This document shows positions 41,633-53,139 of a stretch of 64,000 bases of DNA, piece by piece. The DNA lies in assembly GCF_036971445.1 (NCBI RefSeq), contig NC_091480.1, positions 77,252,001-77,316,000 on the forward strand, written 5' to 3'. Source of the stretch: Narcine bancroftii (Eukaryota). Positions within the stretch are counted from its first letter, which is position 1. Each line of letters starts with the position of its first letter. The translations under genes and the position numbers were made by a program. The notes under the pieces were generated by a model. It made no database searches, was not told the origin of the DNA, and saw only the letters and a list, made by a program, of their open reading frames with translations.

Positions 41633-42365
41633 CTATCTATAGTTGGGGACTGGTGACTGATAACAAAAGATAACATTGGGGCTTCAGACTGTTCATACTG
41701 AGGACAAACCCACAGACCAATTTGCTCACAGCACAAGGTAACTAGAGACACCTGGGGACAACTGAGAGTGGGGCGGTGGAATCAGTGTGGGGGGGATGGT
41801 CTTTTATCACATCACTATTTGACAACCAATTCATTTCATCTCGAGCTTCATCTACAAATTTCTGCATTTATGGGAGCATGCATTGACATCCGAGATGGGC
41901 TAAACCCCAAGTGCCTGCCAGTCAGGTATTCCCTAGTGAACTACTCGCTGTCCGCCAGATCGACTCTGCCTTTTACCTTTGCTGTATAACTGCAGCTCAA
42001 TCTGGCAGACTCAATGTCAAATCAGCGATGTACTGGGAATGATACCTTGCCAGGTTGGTGCTGGTCCCAGCCACACTTATGATTGCCCTTACTCTTCTTT
42101 TTTTTTTTTTTTTTAATTTTTTATTTTTCACACCATAAATCACAATAGCCATGATATACACTTTTTCTTTTCCACACATTTACAGTGACTTTTTCTCCCT
42201 CCCCCCTCCCTCCTCCCAAGCCACCCCCCCATCCCCCCCCCTCTCATCCATTTTAGTTATACAATCTAGGTTGCATTAATTCAGTTAGACAATGTTGTCA
42301 TTCAACAAAAATACACCAGAAATTCTACTGAGTCCATTCTTTTCTTCTCTTCTCCTTCCATCAAC

Positions 42366-45300
42366 TTAGGTAATGTTTGTTCCCGGTAGGTTTTCGCTAT
42401 TGTATTTAATGTAAGGCTCCCATACTTGTTCGAATATTTCAATATTATTTCTTAAACTATATGTTATTTTTTCTAATAGAATACATTTATTCATTTCTAT
42501 ATACCATTGTTGTATTTTCAAATTATCTTCCAATTTCCAGGTTGACATAATACATTTTTTTGCTACAGCTAGGGCTATCTTAACAAATCTTTTTTGTGCA
42601 TCCTCCAAGTCAATTCCAAATTCTTTATTTTTTATGTTACTTAGGAGAAAGATCTCTGGATTCTTTGGTATATTGTTTTCTGTTATTTTATTTAATATCT
42701 GATTGAGATCATCCCAAAATTTTTCTACTCTCTCACATGTCCAGATTGCATGAATTGTTGTTCCCCTTTCTTTTTTACATCGAAAACATCTATCAGATAC
42801 TGTTGGGTCCCATTTATTTAACTTTTGCGGTGTAATGTATAGTCTGTGTAACCAATTATATTGTATCATACGCAGCCTCGTATTTATTGTATTTCTCATC
42901 GTTCCAGAGCATAACTTCTCCCATGTTTCCTTTTTTATCTTTATATTTAAATCTTGTTCCCATTTTTGTTTAGTTTTACCATTTGTTTCCTCATTTTCCT
43001 TTTCTTGCAGTTTAATATACATATTTTTTATAAATCTTTTGATTAACATTGTATCTGTAATCACATATTCAAGGTTACTTCCCTCTGGTAAACTCAAGTT
43101 GCTTCCTAATTTATCTTTCAAGTAGGATCTCAGTTGGTAATATGCCAGCGCTGTATCTCCCGTTATATTGTACTTATCTCTCATTTGTTCAAAGGATAAG
43201 AATCTACTTCCTGAAAAACAATTTTCTATTCTTTTAATCCCTTTTTTTTCCCATTTTCTAAAGGCAAGGTTGTCTATTGTAAAAGGGAGTAGCTTATTTT
43301 GCGTCAATATTAGTTTTGGTATTTGGTAATTTATTTTATTTCTTTCTACATGAATCTTCTTCCATATATTGAGGAGATGGTGTAATACTGGAGAAGTTCT
43401 ATGTTGTACCAATTTTTCGTCCCATTTATATAATATGTGTTCAGGTATCTTTTCCCCTATTTTATCTAATTCTAGTCTCGTCCAGTCTGGTTTTTCCCTT
43501 GTTTGATAAAAATCTGATAGGTACCTTAATTGTGCGGCTCTATAATAATTTTTGAAGTTTGGCAATTGTAAGCCTCCTTGTTTATACCATTCTGTTAATT
43601 TGTCTAGTGCTATCCTCGGTTTCCCCCCTCTCCATAAAAATCTCCTTATTATTTTCTTTAACTCTTTGAAGAATTTTTCTGTCAGTTGTATTGGCAATGC
43701 CTGAAATAAGTATAGTATCCTTGGAAAAATGTTCATTTTAATACAGTTTATCCTTCCTATCAGTGTTAGTGGTAGCTCTTTCCAATGCTCTAAATCGTCC
43801 TGTAATTTTTTCATTAGTGGATTGTAATTGAGTTTATATAATTGGCCTAGATTTTTGTTTATTTGCACACCTAGGTATCTTATTGCCTGCGTTTGCCATC
43901 TGAATGGGGATTCCTCCTTAAATTTTGAGAAATCCGCGTTATTCATAGGCATTGCTTCACTTTTATTTACGTTTATCTTGTATCCCGACACTTCTCCATA
44001 TTCCTTCAATTTCTTATATAGTTCTTTTATTGATAGTTCTGGTTCTGTTAAGTACACTATCACATCATCCGCAAACAGACTGATTTTATATTCCCTGTCT
44101 TTTATTTTTATTCCTTTTATATTATTATCTCTTCTTATCGATTCTGCTAGTGGTTCTATAGCTAGCGCAAACAATAATGGTGATAGTGGGCATCCCTGCC
44201 GCGTTGACCTGCTTAAGTTAAATTGCTTTGATACATGTCCATTTACTGTCACTTTCGCTAACGGTCCCTTATATAATGCTTTAATCCAATTAATATACTT
44301 CTCCGGTAAACTGAATTTTTGCAATACTTTGAACAAGTAATTCCATTCTACTCTGTCGAAGGCCTTCTCTGCGTCTAAAGCAACTGCTACTGCCGGTGCT
44401 TTATTTCCTTCTACTGCATGAATTAAGTTAATAAATTTACAAATATTGTCTGTTGTGCGTCTTTTTTTGATAAATCCAGTTTGGTCTAAATTTACCATTT
44501 TCGGTACCTGTTCTGCTAATCTGTTCGCTAATAGTTTAGCTATTATCTTATAATCTGTGTTTAGCAAAGATATTGGTCTATATGACGCTGGTGAGAGTGG
44601 ATCTTTCCCTTGTTTTAGTATCACTGTAATTATTGCTGTTTTACATGAATCTGGTAAGTTTTGTGTCTCATCAATCTGGTTGATTACATCCAGGAGGGGC
44701 GGTATTATTAGGTCTTTAAATGTTTTGTAGAATTCTATTGGGAGTCCATCCTCTCCTGGTGTCTTATTATTTGGTAAATTTTTTATTATCTCTTGTATTT
44801 CTACTGTTCCAAATGGTTCTGTTAATTTATTTTGTTCCTCTATTTGTAGTTTTGGTAGTTCAATTTTAGTCAAAAATTCATCTATTTTCCCTTCTTTCCC
44901 TTCGTTTTCGGTTCGGTATAATTGTTCATAGAATTCTCTGAAGTTTTCCTTAATTTCTTTTGGATTATATGTAATTTGTTTGTCTTTTTTCCTTGTTGCC
45001 AAGACCATTTTCTTAGTTTGCTCTGTCTTAAGCTGCCATGCTAGGATTTTGTGTGTTTTTTCCCCTAGTTCATAATATTTCTGTTTTGTCTTCATTATAT
45101 TCTTCTCCACATTATATGTTTGTAATGTTTCATATTTTATTTTTTTATCCGCCAATTCTCTTCTTTTGGTTGTATCTTCCTTTATTGCTAATTTTTTTTC
45201 TATGTTTATTATTTCCCTTTCCAACTGCTCTGTTTCCTGATTATAGTCCTTCTTCATCTTGGTTGCATAACTTATTATTTGCCCTCTAATGAATGCTTTC

Positions 45301-46163
45301 ATTGCGTCCCATAGTATAAACTTATCTTCCACTGATTCCGTATTTACTTCAAAGTACATTTTTAATTGTTTTTCAATAAATTCTCTAAAATCCTGTCTTT
45401 TAAGTAGCATGGGGTTTAATCTCCATCTATACATTCTTGGAGGGATGTCTTCTAGCTCTATTGCCAATAACAGGGGTGAGTGGTCCGATAATAGTCTAGC
45501 TTTATATTCCGTTTTCCTAACTCTCCCTTGTATGTGGGCTGATAACAGGAATAGGTCTATCCTTGAGTATGTTTTATGTCTAGTCGAGTAGTATGAGTAT
45601 TCCTTTTCTTTTGGGTTTTGTTTCCTCCATATGTCCACAAGTTTCATTTCTTGCATTGATTTAATTATAAATTTGGTTACTTTGTTCTTCCTGTTAATTT
45701 TTTTCCCCGTTTTATCCATATTTGGATCCAAATTCAGATTGAAATCCCCTCCTATTAGTATGTTCCCTTGCGTATTAGCTACCTTCAAAAAGATATCTTG
45801 CATAAACTTTTGATCTTCTTCGTTAGGTGAATATATATTAAGTAGATTCCAAAGCTCTGAATATATCTGACATTTTATCATAACATATCTCCCTGCTGGA
45901 TCTATTACTTCCTCTTCTATTTTAAATGGCACATTTTTGCTAATTAATATAGCCACTCCTCTTGCTTTTGAATTATACGATGCTGCTGTTACATGTCCTA
46001 CCCAATCTCTCTTTAATTTCTTGTGCTCCAATTCAGTTAAATGTGTTTCTTGGACAAATGCTATATCTATTTTTTCCTTTTTCAGTAAATTTAGTAGTTT
46101 CTTCCTTTTAATTTGGTTATGTATTCCATTAATATTTAGAGTCATATAGTTCAGCGTAGCCAT
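42366..46163 (-). CDS. L1 ORF2p (APE endonuclease, reverse transcriptase, CCHC), 1265 aa
   Basis: NINGI, QETH, GDFN, SRID and SDH endonuclease motifs; QGCPLSP and FADD RT motifs; CFRC..H..WTC zinc knuckle. Confidence 0.95.
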   Translation of the reverse strand: MATLNYMTLNINGIHNQIKRKKLLNLLKKEKIDIAFVQETHLTELEHKKLKRDWVGHVTAASYNSKARGVAILISKNVPFKIEEEVIDPAGRYVMIKCQIYSELWNLLNIYSPNEEDQKFMQDIFLKVANTQGNILIGGDFNLNLDPNMDKTGKKINRKNKVTKFIIKSMQEMKLVDIWRKQNPKEKEYSYYSTRHKTYSRIDLFLLSAHIQGRVRKTEYKARLLSDHSPLLLAIELEDIPPRMYRWRLNPMLLKRQDFREFIEKQLKMYFEVNTESVEDKFILWDAMKAFIRGQIISYATKMKKDYNQETEQLEREIINIEKKLAIKEDTTKRRELADKKIKYETLQTYNVEKNIMKTKQKYYELGEKTHKILAWQLKTEQTKKMVLATRKKDKQITYNPKEIKENFREFYEQLYRTENEGKEGKIDEFLTKIELPKLQIEEQNKLTEPFGTVEIQEIIKNLPNNKTPGEDGLPIEFYKTFKDLIIPPLLDVINQIDETQNLPDSCKTAIITVILKQGKDPLSPASYRPISLLNTDYKIIAKLLANRLAEQVPKMVNLDQTGFIKKRRTTDNICKFINLIHAVEGNKAPAVAVALDAEKAFDRVEWNYLFKVLQKFSLPEKYINWIKALYKGPLAKVTVNGHVSKQFNLSRSTRQGCPLSPLLFALAIEPLAESIRRDNNIKGIKIKDREYKISLFADDVIVYLTEPELSIKELYKKLKEYGEVSGYKINVNKSEAMPMNNADFSKFKEESPFRWQTQAIRYLGVQINKNLGQLYKLNYNPLMKKLQDDLEHWKELPLTLIGRINCIKMNIFPRILYLFQALPIQLTEKFFKELKKIIRRFLWRGGKPRIALDKLTEWYKQGGLQLPNFKNYYRAAQLRYLSDFYQTREKPDWTRLELDKIGEKIPEHILYKWDEKLVQHRTSPVLHHLLNIWKKIHVERNKINYQIPKLILTQNKLLPFTIDNLAFRKWEKKGIKRIENCFSGSRFLSFEQMRDKYNITGDTALAYYQLRSYLKDKLGSNLSLPEGSNLEYVITDTMLIKRFIKNMYIKLQEKENEETNGKTKQKWEQDLNIKIKKETWEKLCSGTMRNTINTRLRMIQYNWLHRLYITPQKLNKWDPTVSDRCFRCKKERGTTIHAIWTCERVEKFWDDLNQILNKITENNIPKNPEIFLLSNIKNKEFGIDLEDAQKRFVKIALAVAKKCIMSTWKLEDNLKIQQWYIEMNKCILLEKITYSLRNNIEIFEQVWEPYIKYNSENLPGTNIT

Positions 46164-46762
46164 TTTATATTTTGTTTATCTTCTCTTTCCGTTTTTCCAT
46201 CATTACCTTTCCTCCTTTTCCATTTCTGTTTTCTTATTTTCAACTCTTTACCAGACAACATTCCTACAACATCCAACATTTTCCTTATTCTCCTATTTCT
46301 ATCTTCTTTATCCCCAATCTCCCCTTCCCCTCCTGAGTTGCCCTTTATCCCTTGTCGGACAACCACATCTCCCCTCTCCATTTGGATTTGCGAATCCACT
46401 CGCAAGCGTCAACTGATTTTGCAGTGACCGCTCTTTTCCCCCCACCCAGCCCCCCCAGAAAAGATTTCGTTTTTTATATGTCACAAAGGTCACTCTTTTA
46501 GTTCCCTCCTTATTCTCTCTATTCCATTACCTTCCCTTATTAATTCTTGTCTATACTTTCTATGTTTTCCTCTAATTACAGATACTTTCACATATGCCCA
46601 TTGTCTCTATTCACTCTTATACCTCTTTACCCGCATACATATCAATCGTGGTCATTTTTACCCTCCTTACCCGTCTTCATCCCTCAGTCTATTTTTGTCT
46701 TTACCCACATACATATCAATCGTGATAATTTTTGCTCTCATTACCCGTCTTCATCCCTCAGT

Positions 46763-47992
46763 CTATTTTTGTAATTGTTCTGCAAATTTTCGTGCTTCTT
46801 CTGGATCCGAGAATAGTCTGTTTTGTTGTCCTGGAATAAATATTTTCAATACCGCAGGATGCTTCAGTGTAAATTTATATCCTTTCTTCCATAAAATCGC
46901 TTTTGCTGCATTGAACTCTTTTCTCTTCTTTAGGAGTTCAAAGCTTATATCTGGATAAATGAAGATTTTTTGCCCTTTATACTCCAGTGGTTTGTTGCCC
47001 TCTCTTACTTTTTCCATTGTCTTCTCCAGTACCTTTTCTCTTGTAGTATATCTTAGGAATTTTACTACAATAGATCTTGGTTTTTGTTGTGGTTGTGGTT
47101 TAGGGGCCAATGCTCTATGTGCCCTTTCTATTTCCATTTCTTGCTGTAGTTCTGGACATCCTAGGGCCTTAGGGATCCATTCTTTTATAAACTCCCTCAT
47201 ATTCTTGCCTTCTACATCTTCCTTAAGGCCCACTATCTTTATGTTATTTCTTCTGTTATAATTTTCCATTATATCTATTTTTTGGGCTAGTAATTCTTGT
47301 GTCTCTTTAGTTTTTTTATTAGATTCCTCCAATTTCTTTTTTAAGTCTTCTACCTCCATTTCTGCTGCTATTGCCCGTTCTTCCATCTTGTCCATTTTTT
47401 TCCCCATTTCTGTTAAGGTCATATCCATTTTATTTATTTTCTTTTCTGTGTTGTTTATTCTTCTTCTTAAATCATTGAATTCCTGTGTTTGCCATTCTTT
47501 AAATGACTCCATGTATCCTCTAACAAGAGCAAGTACCTCCTTTACCTTGCCTATCTTTTCTTCTTCTATTTCCCTGTACTCTTCCTCTTCCTCTTCTTCT
47601 TCCTCTAGGTTGACCATCTGTTGTTTCTTTGCTGCCCTTTCCTCCTCTTCTTTCTTGTTTCTATTGTCTTCTGTGGTCTCTTCTTGCTGCAGGTGTTCTG
47701 CAGCTGTCGTTGCCGGCTGTGGAGATCGACTCCCCAGCTGGTCCCCCCTCCCGTCGGTGTGTTTTTTTGTATGCGCATCGCGCATGCGCGAGGAGTCGCG
47801 CATGCGCGGTTGCGCACTTTTACTCGGCTCTGTGAGCCATTGTTGTAGTTCTCTTTCTACCGACCTGAGGTAGTGGGGTCTTCTCTCCACAGCGGGCCTC
47901 TTCGGACAGGTAAGGCCTTCACCTTTTTCCTCCGTTGTCTTCTCTTCCTCTCTTCTTTCCGTTGATTTTGATTTTTCTCCTTTTGTCTCCAT
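46763..47992 (-). CDS. L1 ORF1p (coiled coil, RRM, CTD); true start may be downstream of 47992
   Basis: RRNNIKIVGLKE, IERAHR, PRSIVVKF and IFIYPD motifs preceded by a heptad coiled coil. Confidence 0.9.
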   Translation of the reverse strand: METKGEKSKSTERREEEKTTEEKGEGLTCPKRPAVERRPHYLRSVERELQQWLTEPSKSAQPRMRDSSRMRDAHTKKHTDGRGDQLGSRSPQPATTAAEHLQQEETTEDNRNKKEEEERAAKKQQMVNLEEEEEEEEEYREIEEEKIGKVKEVLALVRGYMESFKEWQTQEFNDLRRRINNTEKKINKMDMTLTEMGKKMDKMEERAIAAEMEVEDLKKKLEESNKKTKETQELLAQKIDIMENYNRRNNIKIVGLKEDVEGKNMREFIKEWIPKALGCPELQQEMEIERAHRALAPKPQPQQKPRSIVVKFLRYTTREKVLEKTMEKVREGNKPLEYKGQKIFIYPDISFELLKKRKEFNAAKAILWKKGYKFTLKHPAVLKIFIPGQQNRLFSDPEEARKFAEQLQK

Positions 47993-48369
47993 CTTCTTTC
48001 CACCTTTATACTCACTTTTCTTTAACTTGTATTTCTGTGCCTTTGTATTTTCTCTTGTTTTTCCCGACTTTTCTGGAGAGGGCTGGAGTTCACCGTCCGG
48101 CCACTACTCCATCACGTGACTCCTCTCCCCTTACTCTTCTTCATGAGCAGCCAAACAGCAACAGAGAGCAGGCAACAAGACTGCAGGGAGAGAGCGGGAC
48201 AGCAATATAATTTTATTAAGAAAGATTCTTCCTGTTGTCCTACTTCCATGTTTTGTCCATGTTTTAAAAACACTAAAAAAAATAGTATGCAAACACATCG
48301 ATTCCCATCATGGTGCAGGAATGCCGGATCGCCCCTTTTACACAGACACCATTCTGGCACTGCTGTTGG

Positions 48370-48525
48370 AAAAAAAATGCTGGGACTTTGGGCTTGAGCC
48401 CTTCATCACGGTGACTTACCTGATGAAGGGCTCAAGTCCAAAACATTGATAATGTATCTTGATCTTTACTATATAAAGTACACTGTTTCATCTGCTGAGT
48501 TTTGCCAGCATTGTGTTTTTACTGG
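48370..48525. mobile_element. Palindromic Penelope-like terminal repeat
   Basis: tttgggcttgagcccttcatca / ctgatgaagggctcaagtccaaaa inverted pair, then ctgctgagttttgccagcatt. Confidence 0.6.
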
Positions 48526-49291
48526 GTTTAACTGATTTTCTTTTCCATCTGCAATGGTAGAGAAAGATCTTTGATTGAATAAGTAATATCCTGCAACAAA
48601 CAAGAATTGTTACTGATTTTCCAAAGTAGGTCCTCAAGCATTTGTTGGCCTTTAGTAAACTGATCAATAATCTGTTCAAACAGATGCATTTCAATTTCTG
48701 GTCAATATGCTTAATTTGTTGAGCTAAATGAAGGTCACCCTGATTAATCTTTGGTTGCAAAGCACTTTGATTCACATCTTTATTATTTGAATATTAAGGA
48801 ACCACCATCTTTTTTGCCTTATGCATTTCACTTGTAAGGAATTTCCATTAGTTATTGAACATTTTATTTTTTGTTTTTTCTGCTTGCCATCTATTCACAT
48901 TGCCTCAGTTAAACAGGAAGACTATTATGTTGCCATGGGACTTGTTTTATATTTATTACCAAGCTTGAAAATGGGGAAATACTAAATTGATATCAGTCGA
49001 GAAGAGATTAACTTCTGAAGTTCCTGCTTCAATTGTAATCATCGTTCAAATTTTACATTCAGGTTTTATAAAGTCTTTCAAGTAATTTCCACAATGAACT
49101 GCTTACCATTTACACAAATATCACCAGTGAAACAAATGAAACAAAAGAGTTAATTGCTTCTTTAAAAAGAATAATGGGATTCTGATCATTTTCTAATATG
49201 TGTTTGGAATGATTTCAAAATTAAAGAGATGTCCATCAAAACTGAGGTCAAATAAGGGATAAAATGTTAAAGAGAAAAAATAATATCGATT

Positions 49292-49520
49292 GAGGGGCAC
49301 GGTTGGTACACAGCACCAATGGTCGGGACTGGGGTTCGAATCCCCTGCTGTCTGTAACGAGTTTGTACATTCTCCCTGTGTCTGCATGGGTTTTCCCCAG
49401 GGGCTCCGGTTTCCTGCCACCATTCAAAAACGTACCGGGGGTGTAAATTAATTGGGTCTAATTGGGTGGTATGGGCTCGTGGGCCAAAAGGGCCTGTTAC
49501 TGTGCTGTATGTCTAAATTG
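49292..49520 (+). mobile_element. tRNA-derived V/HE1-type SINE
   Basis: ggggcacggttgg...ggggttcgaatccc...gggctccggtttcctgccac...gggcctgttactgtgctgtatgtctaaa. Confidence 0.8.
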
Positions 49521-50359
49521 AGGTGAACATAGAATCATTGAGTGGTAACAACATAGCAGGAAGCTATTCAACCAAATGAACCCTGTGCTTTGTAAAACAA
49601 TCCCTTCACTTCCATAGCTCAGCTTGTACCTAGAGCCCTGACTGTTTTACTGCCATCCTTAATGTCAGATCCAGATCTTCTCCATTTATTATTATTGTGA
49701 TCCATGGCCCTTGATCTTTGCATCACATGTAAATCGAAACAACTTCCGCCTTTCATGTCATGATCTTGCTCCCCTCTATCAAATCTCATCCCTGTCTCCT
49801 TTGGTTCAGGAGAACAATGTCAGCTTCTCCAGTCTAACCCTGTGGCCAAAATCCCTCACTCCCCAAACCATTCTCATGAATCTTTTTTATACCCTTTTTT
49901 AGGAACATGGCATCCTTCCTTGAAGCCTTGAGATCAGGATTGGGCCAAAACCAAAAAGCTAAGTCTATGCCAGGATGGGAGGGCAGAGATTAAATGGCAA
50001 AATGGGATGATTTAAAAGCTGGATATGTGGTTAGTAGGGGTTCAGGCAATGACTCTGGTAAAATACCTCATTCAGTTGCCCATTTCACACTGAAACCAGT
50101 AGTTGAGAGAACAGAGGACCTAATAGAACCAGTAAAAATCTCAGACACAAAAAAAATAAGCTTCAGTAGATAACTTGATTAGCATCAACATGTTGGGCCG
50201 AAGGGCCTGTTTTCATTCTAGAGAACTCTGTGACTCTATGACATTTGTTTGAAAACCATTGTAGAAAATTAGGTGAACCACACACCCGCGCCCCTAACAA
50301 CTCTAAAAGCGTACTGCCGGATACATCACACTGTGGTGCAGTAGCTGTCCTGAAGAAGC

Positions 50360-50845
50360 TCAGATTTCAGATTTATTGTCAGAGTGCAAACATACAACAC
50401 TGAGATTCTTTTTCCTGTCAGCAAAGAAGAATTACCACTTATTGGTAATGGAACCAAAAAAAACCTATACTCAACATACACATGGAAACAAATAAAGAAA
50501 TATAAACAAACTGACTGTGCAATACAGAGAGGAAAAAATCAATAAAGTTCCTGATTGAGTTTGTTGTCGAGGAGTTTGTCACTGAGAAGTTTGATAGTGG
50601 AGGGGTGGCAGCTGTTCCTGAACCTGATGGTGCACGACTTGTGGGACCTAGACCTCTTTCCTGATGGTAGCAGCAAGAACAGAGCGTGTGCTGGATGATG
50701 TGGATCCTTGATGATTGCTGCTGCTCTCCAATGGCAGCGTTCACTGTAGATGTTCTGGATGGTGTGGAGGGTTTGCCTGTGGTGTCCTGGGCTGTGTCCA
50801 CTATCTATTGCAGGGCTTTACGCTCAGGGATATTGGTGTCCAGAC
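50360..50845 (-). mobile_element. Rex1/Babar LINE 3' portion
   Basis: VDTAQDTTGK...AAAIIKDPHHPAHALFLLLPSGKR; tail gacaataaatctgaa. Confidence 0.85.
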
Positions 50846-51065
50846 CATGAGGTATTGAATGTTGTTGAGAGGATCACACAAAGTTCACTTACCACCAGCA
50901 TACTGAAGGTCCCACAAGCTCAAGTGTAAAAGCGTGTCCCATTAGGGTTGGACAGCTTCCTCACTGCAGCCAATAGACTCCTGAAAGTTCAAAGTTCAGA
51001 TTTATTGTCAGACTACATACATAGCATCACATACAACCCTTAGATTATTTTTTCATGTGCGCCAG

Positions 51066-51768
51066 TGTAGTGTGGATTGTGGAGGGTCATGTGACCTCTC
51101 CATCTGGAACTTGGTCAGAAGTCACATCGCCTTTCAATCAAGGTTGGATTCTGCCCACCCACCTGGGTGATTGCCTGGGTCAGACCCTCCAGCTTGCCAC
51201 ACCATAAAGTCCACCACATGTAGTAGCTCTTTTTTTTTAACTTTTCAGTCCTGAGATGAACCCTGCTCCACTCCAGGTCGCAAACTGTGGACAACGCTGG
51301 AAGAGTCGTTGGTAAGGTGTGCACCACATAGGGATGGGGCTATTGCATATTAATGTTGTAGATAGCATTGGAGCCATACTTATATTAGTCCAGGAAAGGC
51401 AGGTAGTGTATTGTAATCCTGAGTTGTTATAACTCTGTACACAGTTGCTAGTATCGGGTGTGATAAGTTTGATGTGACTGGATGTACTGTGTTTGCATGT
51501 CTGTTCACAGTTGCTAGTATGGGCAGTGTTAAGTCCAACATCAGTGGGTTTTACTGTGATTGCATGAGCGTAAGCAATTACTACTATCAGTAGTGTTGAG
51601 TCCGATGTGACTGATTATACTGTGTTGTGTGACTGAGAGTACGAGTGTGTGTTATCCCTGTTGCAATCCCCTTACGTGTGTTTTAATAAAGATCATTCCT
51701 GTGTTCAATCTGTGTCCTGACTTGTTACTCTTTGCACCCATCAAACTTCTTTCCCTTCCCACACAACA
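51066..51768 (+). mobile_element. Solo LTR, 703 bp, 5-bp TSD
   Basis: TGTAGTGTGG...CCACACAACA termini; TSD GCCAG at 51061-51065 and 51769-51773; AATAAA at ~51685. Confidence 0.85.
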
Positions 51769-52223
51769 GCCAGTTAGAATGAAGCCCCAAACAGTGCTGT
51801 TCTGCTGCCCTTGCTTTGTACTAATTGATCTTTATTTTTTATTGCAACTCCATACCCTGTTAAAAAAAATTGTGCTCTTCTACTTTATATGGCTGTAGGA
51901 AGCTGATCTGCTAGACTGCTCACAGAAGAACCCTTCTTGCTGTATTAGCCATAACACTGGACACCAATTTTTTTTCAAAGCGTTTGCTTCCTTCCTGAAA
52001 AAAAATTGGGGATTATGATAGAGAACTTCAAGCTAAACACAAAGATCATTTCAAATGTGCTGTATCACATAGGAATTGGAGAAACGTGAACTTTTGTTGC
52101 ATTTAGCCTGTTTAATCGCATGATGCTAACAAATTGCATTAGTTCAACTGACCTAAACATGTTTTTCTGCTGGTTTTCATTTGCACTCAGCACCGTGAGA
52201 TGTCTCTCACGTCAGAGACCAAC

Positions 52224-53110
52224 CAGGGGTGTAGCCAGGTTCTAATGTTAGGGAGAGTGAGCACATAAAAAAGATGTCATGACCACTTCCCTTTAAGCTG
52301 TGCGCGTGTACGCACACGCATTTTGCAACAAGCACACCAAGAAAATTAACGTGCGCACAAAAAGTCAGTTGCCTAAATAACGTAGTTCAAAGTATAGAAT
52401 AAAATCTTAACTAAATACATTACTTCAGAGAATGCAATCATACTTGCATTATATTAAAACATGTCAATACAGTTTTATTACCCATGAGAGATAGGCTGTG
52501 CCAAAATGATCTTGAAGCAAATTCAAGTTTACTTTTGCACAAGCATTCAGTGTGCACATACTACTGTCACAGGAAAATCTTTTCCACAGCATGCGATTTT
52601 TGTGCTCACTCATGACTAAAAATTCAAGGGAGCATTGGCCACGAAACATACCAGGTGATGAACAGACCAGTCAGTGGTTGAACGGCTGGCCGCACTGATT
52701 TTCTGGCGGCGTCAGACTGGGGAGAGTGGCATTGTGGGAGGGGTGGTGGCAGCACCATCTCCATAACAAAGGTAGGACTTAATGTGTTTGAGCTGGCAAA
52801 AGGATCGTTCTGCAACTGTGCTAGATATTGGTAAGGTCAGAAAAATGTGGTCCAATGTGGGCAGGTTAAGATAAGTGGAACACATGCCATTGCCATCAAC
52901 ATTGTTGATGGTCATTTTCTCGACCCTTGAATTTGCTTTACTACGAGTGCTCATCAGGGCCAGACTATTTTGCACCCTTGGCAAGGCCACCTACTTGCAC
53001 CCTCCTCAAAAAAATAGCCAACTTGGATTTTCAAAAGCATGTTTTGTAGAAAAATTGAAAAGCACAGAACTTGAAACTGCTGAATTTATTTTAAATTGCA
53101 AAAATAAGTA
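52224..53110 (-). mobile_element. hAT transposon remnant (C-terminal dimerisation domain)
   Basis: End caggggtgtagccagg; minus-strand IFLTLPISSTVAERSFCQLKHIKSYL. Confidence 0.65.
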
Positions 53111-53139
53111 ATACATCAATCTATGGTCATCTTTCTCAA

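Larger units (their letters stand above)
42100..48127 (-). mobile_element. Full-length L1 LINE (~6.0 kb) with intact ORF1 and ORF2
   Basis: 14-bp TSD CCCTTACTCTTCTT at 42086-42099 and 48128-48141; poly(A) tail with AATAAA; two uninterrupted ORFs. Confidence 0.95.

Noticed and set aside
42835-47873. Plus-strand ORFs overlapping the L1
   Set aside because: Antisense shadows of the A-rich L1 ORFs
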